A program made the translations under genes and the position numbers. Positions 49,200-61,735 of a DNA stretch of 64,000 bases are shown here, one piece after another. A model generated the notes under the pieces. That model saw nothing but the letters and a program-made list of their open reading frames with translations, was not told the DNA's origin and ran no database searches. Numbering within the stretch: the stretch's first letter is position 1; every line of letters starts with the position of its first letter. The DNA comes from Leucoraja erinacea (taxonomy: Eukaryota). The stretch covers positions 37,944,001 through 38,008,000 of the forward strand of contig NC_073384.1 of NCBI RefSeq assembly GCF_028641065.1, written 5' to 3'.

Positions 49200-50795
49200 A
49201 GATTCCAAGTGGAGTAAGGGGTGACCATGGCTGTTAAGGAACATCAGGGACAGTATAAAAATAAAAGAAGTACAACGTAGCAAAGATGAATGGGAAGCAA
49301 GGGGATTGGGTAATGTTTAAAGAGCAACAGAAGATAACTAAAAAGACAATACGGGGAGAAAAGATGAGGTACGAAAGTAAGCTAGCCAAGAATATAAAGG
49401 AGGATAGTAAAAGCTTCTTTAGGCATGTCAAGAGGAAAAAATTAGTTAAGACCAAAGTTGGACCCGTGAAGACCGACATTTTTTAAAAAAGGTGAATTTA
49501 TTATGGGGAACTAACAGGAAATTATTATTCTCTATTTAAGAGGGAGTTAGATGTGGCCAAGGGGATCAGAGGGTATGGAGAGAAGGCAGGTACGGGATAC
49601 TGAGTTGGATGATCAGCCATGATCATATTAAATGGCGGTGCAGGCTCGAAGGGCCAAATGGCCTACTCCTGCACCTAATTTCTATGTTTCTATGTAAGAG
49701 GAAAAAATTAGTTAAGACCAAAGTTGGACCCGTGAAGACCGAAAAAGGTGAATTTATTATGGGGAACAAGGAAATGGCATTTGAGTTGAACAGGTACTTT
49801 GGATCCGTCTTCACTAAGGAGGACACAAACAATCTGGGGTGAATGAAATCCACATTAGGCAGAAAATGGTGTTGGGTAGACTGATGGGACTTAAGCCTGA
49901 TAAATCCCCAGGGCCTGATGGTCTGCATCCCAGGGTACTTAATGAAGTGGTTCTAGAAATCGTGGATGCATTGGTGATAATTTTCCAATGTTCTATAGAC
50001 ACAGGATCAGTTCCTGTGGATTGGAGGCTAGCTAATGTTATCCTACATGTTAAGCAACGCGGGAGAGAGAAAACTGAATTATAGACCAGTTAGCCTGACA
50101 TTGGTGGTGGGGAAGATGCTGGAGTTAATCATAAAAGATGAAATAGTGCCACATTTGGATAGCAGTAACAGGATCGGTCCGAGTCAGCATGGATTTACGA
50201 AGGGGAAATCATGCTGACTAATCTGGAATTTTTTGAGGATGTAACTAGGAAAATGGATGAGGGAGAGCCAGTGGATGTAGTGTGAAAAATTATTTTCCTG
50301 TAGGACCACCTGAATTTAATTATGGGGATAGGCAATAGTGCATTGGAGTTGAACAGGTGCTCATCCATTCTTCCTGAGGCAAACCTAGGAAAGTTTCGGC
50401 AGAAATTTGTTTACCACATGGACTTTCAGAAAGCATTTGACAAGGTCCCACATAGGAGATTAGTGGGCAAAATTAGGGCACATGGTATTGGGGGTAGAGT
50501 GCTGACATGGATAGAAAATTGGTTGGCAGACAGGAAACAGAGAGTAGGGATTAACGGCAGGCAGTGACTAGTGGGGTACCGCAAGGCTCAGTGCTGGGAC
50601 CACAGCTATTTGCAATATACATCAATGATTTGGATGAAGGGATCCAAAGTAACAGCAAATTTGCAGATGACACAAAGCTGGGTGGCAGTGTGAACTGTGA
50701 GGAGGATGCTATGAGAACGCAGGGTGACTTGGACAGGTTGGGGGAGTGGGCAGATGAAGTTTAATGTGGATAAATGTGAGGTTATCCACCTTGGT
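49200..50795 (+). mobile_element. CR1 ORF2 fragments (rearranged)
   Basis: KSPGPDGLHPRVL; NYRPVSLT; QHGFTKGKSC; DFQKAFDKVPH; [11 protein letters not shown]; FADDTKLGG. Confidence 0.9.
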
Positions 50796-50805
50796 ATCAT
50801 AAACA

Positions 50806-51137
50806 GGCGGCTGGGGGGCGGGGCGCGGCGGCTGGGGGGCGGGGCGGGCTCAGTGGTTGTTCTCTATATTGGGTAATGGTGGATGCGAATCAAAATCAGC
50901 CGATCCCCGCGCTTCAAGTATTGGTGGGTGCGGATCACAGTGGCTGCTCTCCGCGTCTCAGGTAATGTTGTGTGCGGGGGGGATGCACTAGGACTTCCCT
51001 TGGGCGGAGACGCGTCCCCCGGTAGCCGCTGTTGTGCCGCCGGTCGGGCCCGGTGCTGCTCGGCGGCGTCTGCAGCCGCGTCTCGCTGAGGCCACCACTG
51101 GGCCGTAGGCCGACCGCTCTTTGTGCTCGGGCAACGG
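50806..51137 (+). promoter_or_regulatory. GTF2H5: Probable GTF2H5 CpG promoter and non-coding exon 1
   Basis: Duplicated GC-box unit GGCGGCTGGGGGGCGGGGCG at 50806-50846; CpG-rich; donor CGG|GTAAGA at 51137/51138. Confidence 0.65.
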
Positions 51138-52732
51138 GTAAGAAGCCGGAGATGCTTCATCTGAACTGTGAACTCCAGACCTCAGTTCGAAGAAGGGTCT
51201 CGATCCGAAATGTCACCCATTTCTTCTCGCCAGAGATGCTGCCTGTCCCGTTGAGTTACTCCAGCATTTGTGTCTATGGTGTAAACCAACATCTTACAGT
51301 TCCTGCCACACATTTCGTTTACCTATTTGAGATGTTCTCCTATCTCTGACGAGAATTCGGCAACACCCTCCATCACGTCACATATTCCTTTTCATCAGAG
51401 ATGCTGCCAAACCCGCTAAATTACTCCAGCATTTTGTGTCTTTTTTTTTAACAGGAAAGAGATTCTTGGGCTATCAGTCCAATCCCTTCATGATCGCTGG
51501 CACTATCTGAAAACTGCACACTAACGCTATCCTAGACCGACACACACGAGGGACAGTTATAGCAAAGCAATTAACCTACAAATCCATACGTTTTTAGAGT
51601 GTGGGAGCAAACCGGAGATACCGGAGAAACCCCACGTAGGTCACAAGGAGAACGTACAAACTCCATACAGTCAGGATCGAAACCGGGTCACCGGCGCCGT
51701 AAGGCTGCAACTGTACCACTAGGAGTTGAGAGTAAATTCTAGGTCACCCGACCTCAGGCCTTTCACCTTGAATGGCACCAGGAAGAACATGTGGAGATAG
51801 ACAAAAATGCTGGAGAAACTCAGCGGGTGAGGCAGCATCTATGGAGCGAAGGAAATAGGCAACGTTTCGGGCTGAAACCCTTGTTCAGACTCAATAGGCA
51901 ACGTTTCAGACCGAAACCCCTCTTCAGACACTAACACTCCCTATGTGGAGAGTGGTGTGGCGGATGGGGGGCAAAGTGCATTAATATATTTGCATCCTGT
52001 GGTCCATTGAGACAACCCAGAGATTTATGGTGGCTGAGTTAAGAGAGGACACCACTATCACTCCTCCAGGTATGGTGTTCTCGGCATCTTTCTTCCCTTT
52101 TGCTCTCTCAAAAGCCCTGCTCAACTCACCTGCTCACCCATCCCACCCCCAATCCCACTATAAATAAAGTGAATAGATTATTTGTGAAACAATGTACACT
52201 CATTACATCATGGTTTTCAGGCAGAATTTTACAACAAAAGAAACTTTTTTTGGTTTTAACTTGCGCAATTTTCAATGCATTTGTAATGGCAAGTTAAACT
52301 TTGGTGTAGTTCTGAAGTCATCAATGTTGACCATATTACATGAATTGCTTATAGTGTAATTAGTAGAACATCTTCAGTAGAACATATTATTTTCCAATAC
52401 TGATGACTTTCATTAGTTATTGATTCTGTGTCTATGGTTGCTGACTGACTTACTGATTGTTTCCACCGTTTTCTGATTTTATTTCAGATTTCCTGGGCGT
52501 GTTTATTTTTCTGATTTTCTAAATATTTCCTCCCTAGCTATGATTGGTATTTAAAAGGGTTAGTGAATATACTTGATTGCAAAATCTAATTGGAATGGTC
52601 CTGTGCATTGTCTTAATCATTGTATTGATGTAAGAACTAAGTATGTAAATTCTGTTTCTGATCTTCAGTTTAAAAGACTTGCCGGTGCCTCAATAATCTG
52701 ATCTTCAGTCATATTTTCGAGTTTCAATAAAG

Positions 52733-52767
52733 ATGGTTAATGTCTTGAAAGGCATTCTCATTGAATG
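52733..52767 (+). CDS. GTF2H5: TFIIH subunit 5 (p8/TTD-A), first coding exon
   Basis: Not in ORF track; MVNVLKGILIE(C); donor TG|GTAACT; 35 nt. Confidence 0.93.
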
Positions 52768-53556
52768 GTAACTATAAACCTTTGAATTTTAAAAACGCAA
52801 TTGTATTTGGTTGTCTTAAGTAAAACATGAATGTAGTCAGGCGTAGACACATTAGTGTCAAATGATATAATGGTAACTAATTAATTAGTGTGTGGGAGGA
52901 AACCGAAGACCTCGGAGAAAACCTGCGCATGTCATGGGTAGTACGTACAAACTCCGTATAGACGAGCACTCGTCGTCGGGATCGGACCTGGGGCTCTGGC
53001 GCTGTAAAGCAGCAAGCCTATCGCAGCTCCACCATGCCGCCCATCTGTCTTAATCCATCTTAAATGTGTAACAACTTAATTTTAAACATTAACCACCACC
53101 CCCTCACTAGTTCCAGAGTCTTTCACAAGATCAAAATCTTAGCCACATCCATTTTGAGAAGATTCATTTGTATCTTATTTAAATCAAAACCTTGCTCTTC
53201 TAAATTCCCATGAAATCAACATTGCATGTTCAACCGTTCTTCATAAAACAACCCATCCTTGTAAATATTCTATGAATTGTTACGAACTCATTAACATCCT
53301 TAAATAAGATTGGTGCTCCTTATATGGGCTCATCAATGTTGTCTATATAAACATAGAACACAAAGTACAGCACAAGTACAAGTCCTTCGGCTGACAATAT
53401 CTGTGTCTTATCTTAAAGCTATGCCCTCTAGTCTGGGGAAAAAGGTTCTGTCTACCCTAATTATACCCCTCATAATTTTATACGTAAGCATAACCTTCCT
53501 GATCGGCAATAAACCTTCCTAATCGGCATAACCTTCCTGATTCAGCAATAAACCGT

Positions 53557-53815
53557 GGGCGGAATGGTGGCGCAGCAAGTGCCAAAGACCCGGGTTTGAG
53601 CCTGATTGCAGGGACTGTCTGTAGGGAGTTCTCCCCGTGACCTGATGGGTTTTCTCTGGTTTCCCCCCACTCTCCAAAGACATACAGGTTTGCTGGTTAA
53701 TTTGTTTGGTATAATTGTAAATTGCCCCATGAGTAGTGTAAGTGTGCGGGGATCGCTGGTCGGCACAGACTCAGAGGGCCGAAGGGCCTGTTTCTGCGCC
53801 TTATCTAAACTACAC
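53557..53815 (+). mobile_element. V-SINE (HE1-like)
   Basis: tRNA-like head, V-domain and shared 3' tail. Confidence 0.72.
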
Positions 53816-54102
53816 AAGACTAAATATTTATTTCCTAATTACTCAGTACATGTGTTCTTAACCTTTTGTTAATCTTTCACTATGACACCAAATTCCCTCT
53901 ATATTTCAGATCTCTGCAATCTCACCATTAAGATCGCACTGTTTTATTTTTCCTACCAAAATGCATGTTGTCCCGTTTCCTACTTTTATAATCTAATCAA
54001 ATCCCTCCTAGTATCCTCTTCTACATGTTTCTAAATTTCTTTGTTGCATACTGAATTGATAGTGATATTAATATTGATGCAATCATTATTTTTTGTTTAT
54101 AG

Positions 54103-54283
54103 TGACCCAGCCATGAAGCAGTTCCTGTTGTACTTGGATGATACAAATGTTTTGGGGAAAAAATTTATAATACAGGACCTTGATGAAACTCATTTATTTG
54201 TCTTGGCTGAGGTGGTCCATATCTTACAAGAAAAAGTTGGAGACTTAATGGATCAGAATTCATTTCCATTGACACAGAAGTAA
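54103..54283 (+). CDS. GTF2H5: GTF2H5 last coding exon; spliced product 71 aa
   Basis: [33 protein letters not shown]...[12 protein letters not shown]; AG acceptor. Confidence 0.97.
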
Positions 54284-54879
54284 AGTCATGTGATTAAAGA
54301 GCTTGAGCTGTTTAAGAAATTAATCAACAATTCCATGACCAGCTGGTGCAAATAGCCTGGAAGACGTTATTTGGAAGTGGTGCATGTAGAAGACTTTTGC
54401 TTTAGTATAATAATATTGATTCAAGTGCACCCGGAAAGTAACTGCTATTGCTGGCAGTAACTAGATTCACCATGGGGTATCAGAAGATATGTGAACTTGC
54501 TTTGGACAGATTGACCACATGTTACGAGGAAGCTTGCAAAGTTAAAAAGCCATTTGGCAGAACATGTACACTCCACCTTGCCATGGGGCCTAATCCATCC
54601 ATCGAATCGTGGTCCACCCCCCAATGAATTCAAACCCTTCTAATTTATGTTTGTATTCCAATGTATACTTTTGATGAATTATCACATTCATTATTCCTCC
54701 ATTTACCTTTTGCTTACCATATAGAGTGTGCCTATACAGGTCAACATGCATTAAAAAATATTTTTTGCCTTTAAAAAAAGCTCTATAGCCATTGTGTAGT
54801 TTTATAATTGGTAAATTTCACAATATATAAAAAAAAAAACATTATGTGGAAAGAACTGCAAACTTGAACACCCAAGCTC

Positions 54880-55620
54880 AGAATCAGTATCACACTTTAT
54901 TCGGCAAGTATGTTTTGTAACATACGAGGAATTTCATAGGCCAGGTCAGTCATACAATTAAAAGTAACAGATCACTTCAAAACCACATTTTAACATGAAC
55001 AACCACCACAGTGACTCCTACACATTCCTCACTGTGATGGCGAAATAAAGTTCAAGTCCTTCCCTTAATTCTTCCTCGGTCGTGGGTCTCGAGCCCCCGT
55101 TGACGGGATGATCTTAACTCTCGTAGCCGGCGGCGTTTGGGCCCTCCGCATCGAGGCGATCCGCTCCCGCATCAAGGGGCTGTCAGCTCTCCCACGCTGG
55201 ACAATCGAACCTCGCAGCGGGGCTGGTCGAGCCTTCCACAACGTTGGAGCTCCCGACTAGCCTCTCCCGAGACTGCGAGCCCTTTATGTTAAAGTCCGCG
55301 GTGGGAGCGATCCCAGGCAAGGGATCAGCTCCGATGTTAAGTCCACGCCCCATGGTGGGGCTCATGACAGTCCGAGGAGGCTTCCAGCTCTATCGATGGT
55401 AGGCCGCAGAGCCCGGAGAATGTGATCCGAAAATTGATCACATCTCCGGGAAGGTAAGAACCTGAAAAAAAGTTTTCCCCGATCCCTCCCCCCTTCCCCC
55501 ACATTAAACAAACCAAAGAACATTAAAAACAAAACTTTTAAGAAACTAAAAAATAACAAAAGAATGATAAACACACAGACTGCCGGCAGGGCAGCCATCT
55601 CCCCGGCGTCCCTGGTGGTC
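54880..55620 (-). repeat. GC-rich interspersed repeat, same family as ~720-1270
   Basis: Inverted homology to 760-880 and 1130-1270. Confidence 0.7.
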
Positions 55621-56070
55621 TTTAGTATAATAATATTGATTCAAGTGCACCTGGAAAAACCTCTTAAATGCCACTGTCATATCTTACTTTACTATTTAAT
55701 CGAGAATTCACTTTGGATTTATGCATTCATTTTGTAATGCATATCAAAAAGTAGCAAGGAAATATATATTTTTCTATATGACTTCAATTTCTTTGATTGA
55801 TTGTTCTGTTTGGAAGGTAGCAGGTGGACTGCTCCTGAACACGTAACTCTGATATAATTTTAACATCCTCATGCAGTAGTACAAGTCCCAACATTAAGAT
55901 GGGTTATTGTAGCCTTGCGTGAGTTATGTGATGCTGCATCTCCCTCACTCTTAAATATTTTGCAGCCTGCCTATCGTTCAGCATTGTTTTTAGCCACAAA
56001 CAGCAACATCTGTGTTCATCTTCCTGAAGTAAACCTGAAGACTATCCTAGCTTGTGAGAAATGATAGCGA

Positions 56071-59000
56071 CAGTGCTCTCCATAATGTTTGGGACAAAAA
56101 CTGATCATTTCTTTATTTGCCTGTGTACTCCACAATTTGAGATTTGTAATAGAATAAAATCACATGTGGTTAAAGTGCACATTAGCAGATTTTAATAAAG
56201 TCCATTTTTATACATTTTGGTTTCACCATGTAGAAATTACAGCAGTGTTTATACATAGACCCCCATTTCACGACACCATAATGTTTGGGACGCAGCAAAG
56301 TCATGTGACTGAAAGTAGCCATGTTTAGTATGTTGTTGCATATCCTTTGCATGCAATGACTGCTTGAAGTCTGCGATTCATAGACATCACCAGTTACTGG
56401 GTGCCTTTGGTGATGCTACGCCAGGCCTGTATTGCAGCCATCTTTAGCTTATGCTTGTTTTGGGGGGTAGTCCCCTACAGTTTTCTCTTCAGCATATAAA
56501 AGCCATGCTCAATTGGGTTCAGATCGGGTGACTGACTTGGCCACTCAAGGATTGACTTTTTTAGCTTTGAAAAACTCCTTTCTTGTTTTAGCGGTATGTT
56601 TGGGATTATTGTCTTGCTGTAGACCGACCCACCAGCCAATTAGTTTTGGGGCATTTGTTTGAATGAGCAGATAGGCTGTGTCTATACACTTCACAATTCA
56701 TTATGCTACTACCATCAGCAGTTGTATCATCAATGAAGATAAGTGAGCCAGTATCTTCAGCAGCCATACATGCCCAGACTACTGTGTCACAGATGAGGTG
56801 GTATGTTTTGGATCTTGGGCAGTTCTCTCCTCCATACTTTGCTCTTGCTATCACTCTGATATAAGTTAATCTTCATCCACAAGACCTTTTTCCAGAATAC
56901 TGGTTGCTCTTTTATGTACTTCTTGGCAAACTGTAACCAGGCCATCCTATTCTTGTGGCTAACCAGTGGTTTGCATCTTGCAGTATAGCATCTGTATTTC
57001 TATTCATGAAGTGGTCATTGACAAATCAGCACCTAACTCCTGAAGTGTGTTTCTGATCTGTTGGACAGGTGTTTGGGGATTTTTCTTTATTATAGTGAGA
57101 ATTCTGTCATCAGCTGTGGAGGCCTTCCTTGGCCTACCAGTCCCTTTGTGATCAGTAAGCTCACCAGTGCTCTTTCTTAATGATGTTCCAAACAGTTGAT
57201 TTTGATAAGCCTAAGGTTTGGCTCATATATATTAAGAGTTTTATTCTTGTTTCTCACACTCGTGTCTTCTTTGACTCATTGGCACAACTTTGGTCATCAT
57301 GTTGATAAACAACAATAAAAGTTTCCAAAGGTGATGGAAAGACTGGAGGAAAGACAAGGCGCTGAGAGCTCTCTTATACCTGCATTAAGGAGGCAATTAA
57401 ACACACCTGAGCAATTACAAATGCCTGCAAAGCTATGTGTCCCAAACATAATGGTGCCCTTCTTGCATATGGCGTGCACAGCCTAAAGTTGTCGGACAAC
57501 TTGTTCTATTTGATCTTATTTGATTGTGCACGCCGGGTTGATTGCATTCGTCGAAACAGGGCAGACCACGTGAAGGTTGCAATCTTCTACCAAATTATGG
57601 TGCCCTGAAATGGGGGACTGTAAAACACAGCTGTAATTTCTACATGGTGAAACCAAAATGTATAAAAATACCATACCCTTTAATAAAATTTGACAATGCA
57701 CTTTAACCACATGTGATTCTTTTTCTCTTCTTCTTAAGCCCTTTGCTGCGCTAGGGAGCATAGGCCATTAACAGATGTCCCCCACCTCGCTCGGTTGTTG
57801 GTAGTTCTTTTGAGATCTCCCCAGTGTCTGTCTGGACACATGTTCAGCTGTTCCTGGGGCGACCTCTTTTCCTTTTTCCTTGGGGGTTCCATTTCAGGGC
57901 TTGCCGGGTGATATTTGTGGCAGGTTTCTTGAGGGTGTGTCCAATCCAACTCCATTTTCTCCTTCGAATTTGTAAGTCAATGGGCTCCTGGCTTGTTCTT
58001 TTCCACAGGTCCACATTGATTATATTGCCGGTGATGTCCACAACACTGCTTAGGTATGTGAATGTTTCTACCTCCTCTGGAGCTGTGTTGTGCATAAGGA
58101 TAGGGTTGCTGGTTTTGGAGTGGATCCTCATCACGTGTGTCTTTGCTGTATTTGGTGTAAGACCATGTTTTGTTCCAGCTTGTGAGAGTGTCCATCTTCT
58201 ACTGCATTTGTATCTGTGTGTGTGTGAAAGGAGACCTATGTCGTCTGCAAAGTCAAGATATTATAGCTGCTCCCACATTGTCCACTGAATTCCATTTATT
58301 TTCCCTTCAGTTGTTTCTATCATGATCCAGTCAATTACCAGGAGGAACAGGGATGGTGACAATAGACATCCCTGCATGGTGCCCGTTCTGACACTAAAGC
58401 TCAGAGAGCTGATCTGCATGCATAACTTTGTATGAGGTTCCATCATACGAGTTCTTGATTAAATTTGTGATCTTGGTGGGAATTTCATGGTGGTCCATTA
58501 GGTGCCATAGTGTTGTCCTGTCTAAGCTGTCAAATGCTTTCTCAAAGTTGATGTACAGGGACGTGTTCCATTCAATGATGATGCGTAATGTTGCTCTGTG
58601 CATGAGCAATCCTTCCTGAATCGTGCTTGCTGGTCCTGTAGCCTCTTGTCTACAGCTTCCTGAAGACGGTTGAGACATCCCTCGGTAATTGCCACATTTT
58701 CTTAGGTCACCTTTTTTTGGCAGTTTCACAATGTATCCCTCTGCCCATTCTTGTGAAACTGGTGTCCTTGAGACTCTTGAAAGGCGCCCATAAATAAAAT
58801 TTATTATTATTATTATTATTCTGTGGGTATCTTTTCCTCTTCCCAAATAAGCCATGTTGATGAGTCTATATCTACTTCCAGGGCTCAGGCGGAATATTGT
58901 CAGGGCCAGCAGCAGCCTTGCCAGTTTTCTGTTGCTTGATTGCAGCCTTTTTTTAAATTTTGTTGGTCTGTCACATTTATTTGTAGAGGTATCCTGGCTT

Positions 59001-60144
59001 TGGGAATATGTGGCTGTACAGCCGGTGGTGGCCTGCTTAGGACTTTTTCAAAATGTTCTACCCATTGTGTCGAGCTGCACCTCCTGGGTTGAAGGCAGTT
59101 GGCTGTAATTGGTTTATTACAATGCAAATATGTCCCGGACAATGAATTGAATATTTATTACATGTCATTTGAACCTCAGTGAGGCTCAAACGAAACTTAG
59201 TTTCCACAGCCATACAAACAGAGACAATTCCTACAAGACACACACACAATTCAAGTTACACAAACATCCATCACAGTGAATCTTCTCACTGTGATGAAGG
59301 CAAAGTCTTTCTCTCCCCTGCGCCATTTTTCTCCCGATGTTGAAGCCCCAGTTGGGCAATGGTAAGTTCCACGGCCATTTTAGGCCACGCCGGGCCCAAA
59401 AGTCACAAGTTGGAGCTCCTGGCGGGCCCTGGAATGAATTGAAGCCACTCCGGGCGACGTACGGCCCCGCTCCGGGTCGTTCCAACCACGCGAGACGGGC
59501 TGGAGAAGTCACGTCGCAGGAGCTCCGGAAAGCGGTCTCTCACCCGGACCCGCGAGCTCCCGATGTCCCAGTCCACCGGACCTGCGGCTGCAGCTGGAGC
59601 TACCGAGCTCCGGGGTCGGGCCACAGCAGCAAGCCACCACTGCTCCCCACGCTCCGAGGCCGGCCAGCCCCACGATGGTAAGTCCACAGCTCTGCAGGCT
59701 CCGGGGACTGGAGCCCCCAGGTCGTTCCAGCTGGAGGCCGCTCCACGGTGCTAAGCCCCAACGACAACGGAGACCTGACAGGAAAAAGGTCGGGTCTCCC
59801 GTGCAGAGAAGAGATTTTTAAAAGTTTACCCCTCCCCGCCCCCCACATATACACAGTTAAAAATACTATTAAAAAACACGAACAACTACATTTAAGTAGA
59901 CAAAAAATAAAAAAAGACAGACAGGCTGAAGGGGCCGCTGCAACAGTGTCGTGCCGCCACACCCGAATGTTGGTATATTACTCCCTCTTTTTCCTTTGAA
60001 TCTCTGCAATTTCTGCCTCTTTGGCTAGCCTCTCCACCTGTTCTTTTCTCTGTTCTCTCTTTTTTCTATTCCAAATCTCAAATTGTGGAGTACATAGGCA
60101 AATAAATAAATGATGGGTCTTTGTCCCAAACCTGGAGGGCACTA
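56071..60144 (-). mobile_element. Degenerate Tc1-like transposon with long IR/DR-type TIRs; right TIR split by an RTE insertion
   Basis: Left TIR CAGTGCTCTCCATAATGTTTGGGAC with internal direct repeat at ~56277; right TIR in two pieces (~57600-57725, ~60060-60144); transposase remnant VVWACMAAEDTGSLIFID...MNCEVY. Confidence 0.85.
57726..60058 (-). mobile_element. RTE-clade LINE fragment with nested L2 tail (~58760-58820) and GC-rich repeat (~59130-59960)
   Basis: EWAEGYIVKLPKKGDLRKCGNYRG; FEKAFDSL; QGCLLSP; [12 protein letters not shown]...[12 protein letters not shown]; (GAA)n tail. Confidence 0.85.
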
Positions 60145-61214
60145 AATATTTGAAGAGAAAACTGACAATGATTATACATCTTATCGTGGAATGGCACAAC
60201 AAAGAAACCCATTTGACCTATTGTATCTGAGCTGTTGTGTTCCAGAACTTGCCAGTTCCATATATTTACTCACACCTTAGCTCTGCACTCCCACACTCGA
60301 TCCAAATGCAATAATGTAACAGCGTACGATTATAAATTAAAAGCACAAGATTGTAAATCTGCCTTTCCATACCATGTTCAATGATTGTGGAGTTGCTGCA
60401 AGCTGTGTATTCTGTGATTTGAGATAGTCTGGAGCTGCATGTTTTGGACCAGTAGCATAGGTCTGCACACTGCAGTTGAGCAGTCAAGTACACATTCAGG
60501 TAGAACCAGTACTCTTGCTCATAGAAAGGAAATTATGAAAAGATTTACGAGGATGTTGACAGGACTCAAGGACCTGAGCTATAGGGAGTGGTTAAGCAGG
60601 CCAGGTTATTTCCTTGGAACGCAGGAGGATGAGGGGTGATCATATACAAGTGCAAAATCATGAAGAATAGATCTGGTAGACGCACAGAGTCACTTGCCCA
60701 GAGTAGAGGGATCGAGAACCAGAGGACATAGGTTAAGGTGAAGGAGGGATAGATTTAATAGGATTTAATTGGATTGGATTCAATTTCATTGTCATTGCAC
60801 TTTTCAGTGCAACAAAATGGTTTAGCTTGGAGTCATAGCATAGAATAAATAACAAAACAAACACTCAACACAGTTTAAAGTCCCAAAGTCATTGTCTCTT
60901 CCCTCCTTGCTCTCCCTCTGCGCCGAGGCAATCCAGGCCTCCGATGTTGCGACCCCGCCGGGTGATGGTGTGCAAGTCCCGCGGCTGAATCCGAGCTCCG
61001 CAAACGGGTCGGTCCAAACTCTGCACCCGGGGCGGTCGAAACTATGAACGAGCTGCCAGAGGAGGTAGTTGAGGCAGGCATTATCACATTTTGTAACATT
61101 TAGACAGGTACCTGGGACAGAATAGGGTCAGAGGATGGGATTAGTGTAGATGGGACATGTTGGTCGGTGTGGGCAAGTTGGGCCACTGCATCTGTTTCCA
61201 TGCTATATCATATC

Positions 61215-61735
61215 AAGTCAAGTTTATTCGTCAAATACACATACGAGATGTGCAGTGAAATGAAAAGTGGCAATGCTCGCAGACTTTTGTGCAAAAAGAC
61301 AAACAAACAAATAACCAAACAAACTATAAACACAATCACATATTCTTTTACATATTAAATATTGTGGGCGGAAGAAAAAACGTTCAGTAAAGTTAGTCCC
61401 TGGTGAGATAGGAGTTTACAGTCCGAATGGCCTCTGGGAAGAAACTTCTTCTCAACCTCTCTGTTCTCACAGCATGGCAACTGAGGCGTTTGCCTGACCG
61501 TAGCAGCTGGAACAGTCCGTTGCAGGGGGTGGAAGGGGTCTCCCATGATTTTATTGGCTCTGGAGTTGCACCTCCAGATGTATAGTTCCGGCAGGGGGAC
61601 GAGTGAAGTTCGCATAGTGCATTCGGCCGAACGCACTACTCTCTGCAGAGCCTTCTTGTCCTGGGCAGAGCAATTCCCAAACCAGATGGTAATATTTCCG
61701 GACAAGATGCTTTCCACAGCCGCTGAGTAGAAGCA
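61215..61735 (-). mobile_element. Rex1/Babar-like LINE 3' fragment
   Basis: ESILSGNITIWFGNCSAQDKKALQRVVRSAE...RANKIMGDPFHP; (GACTT)n tail. Confidence 0.8.
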
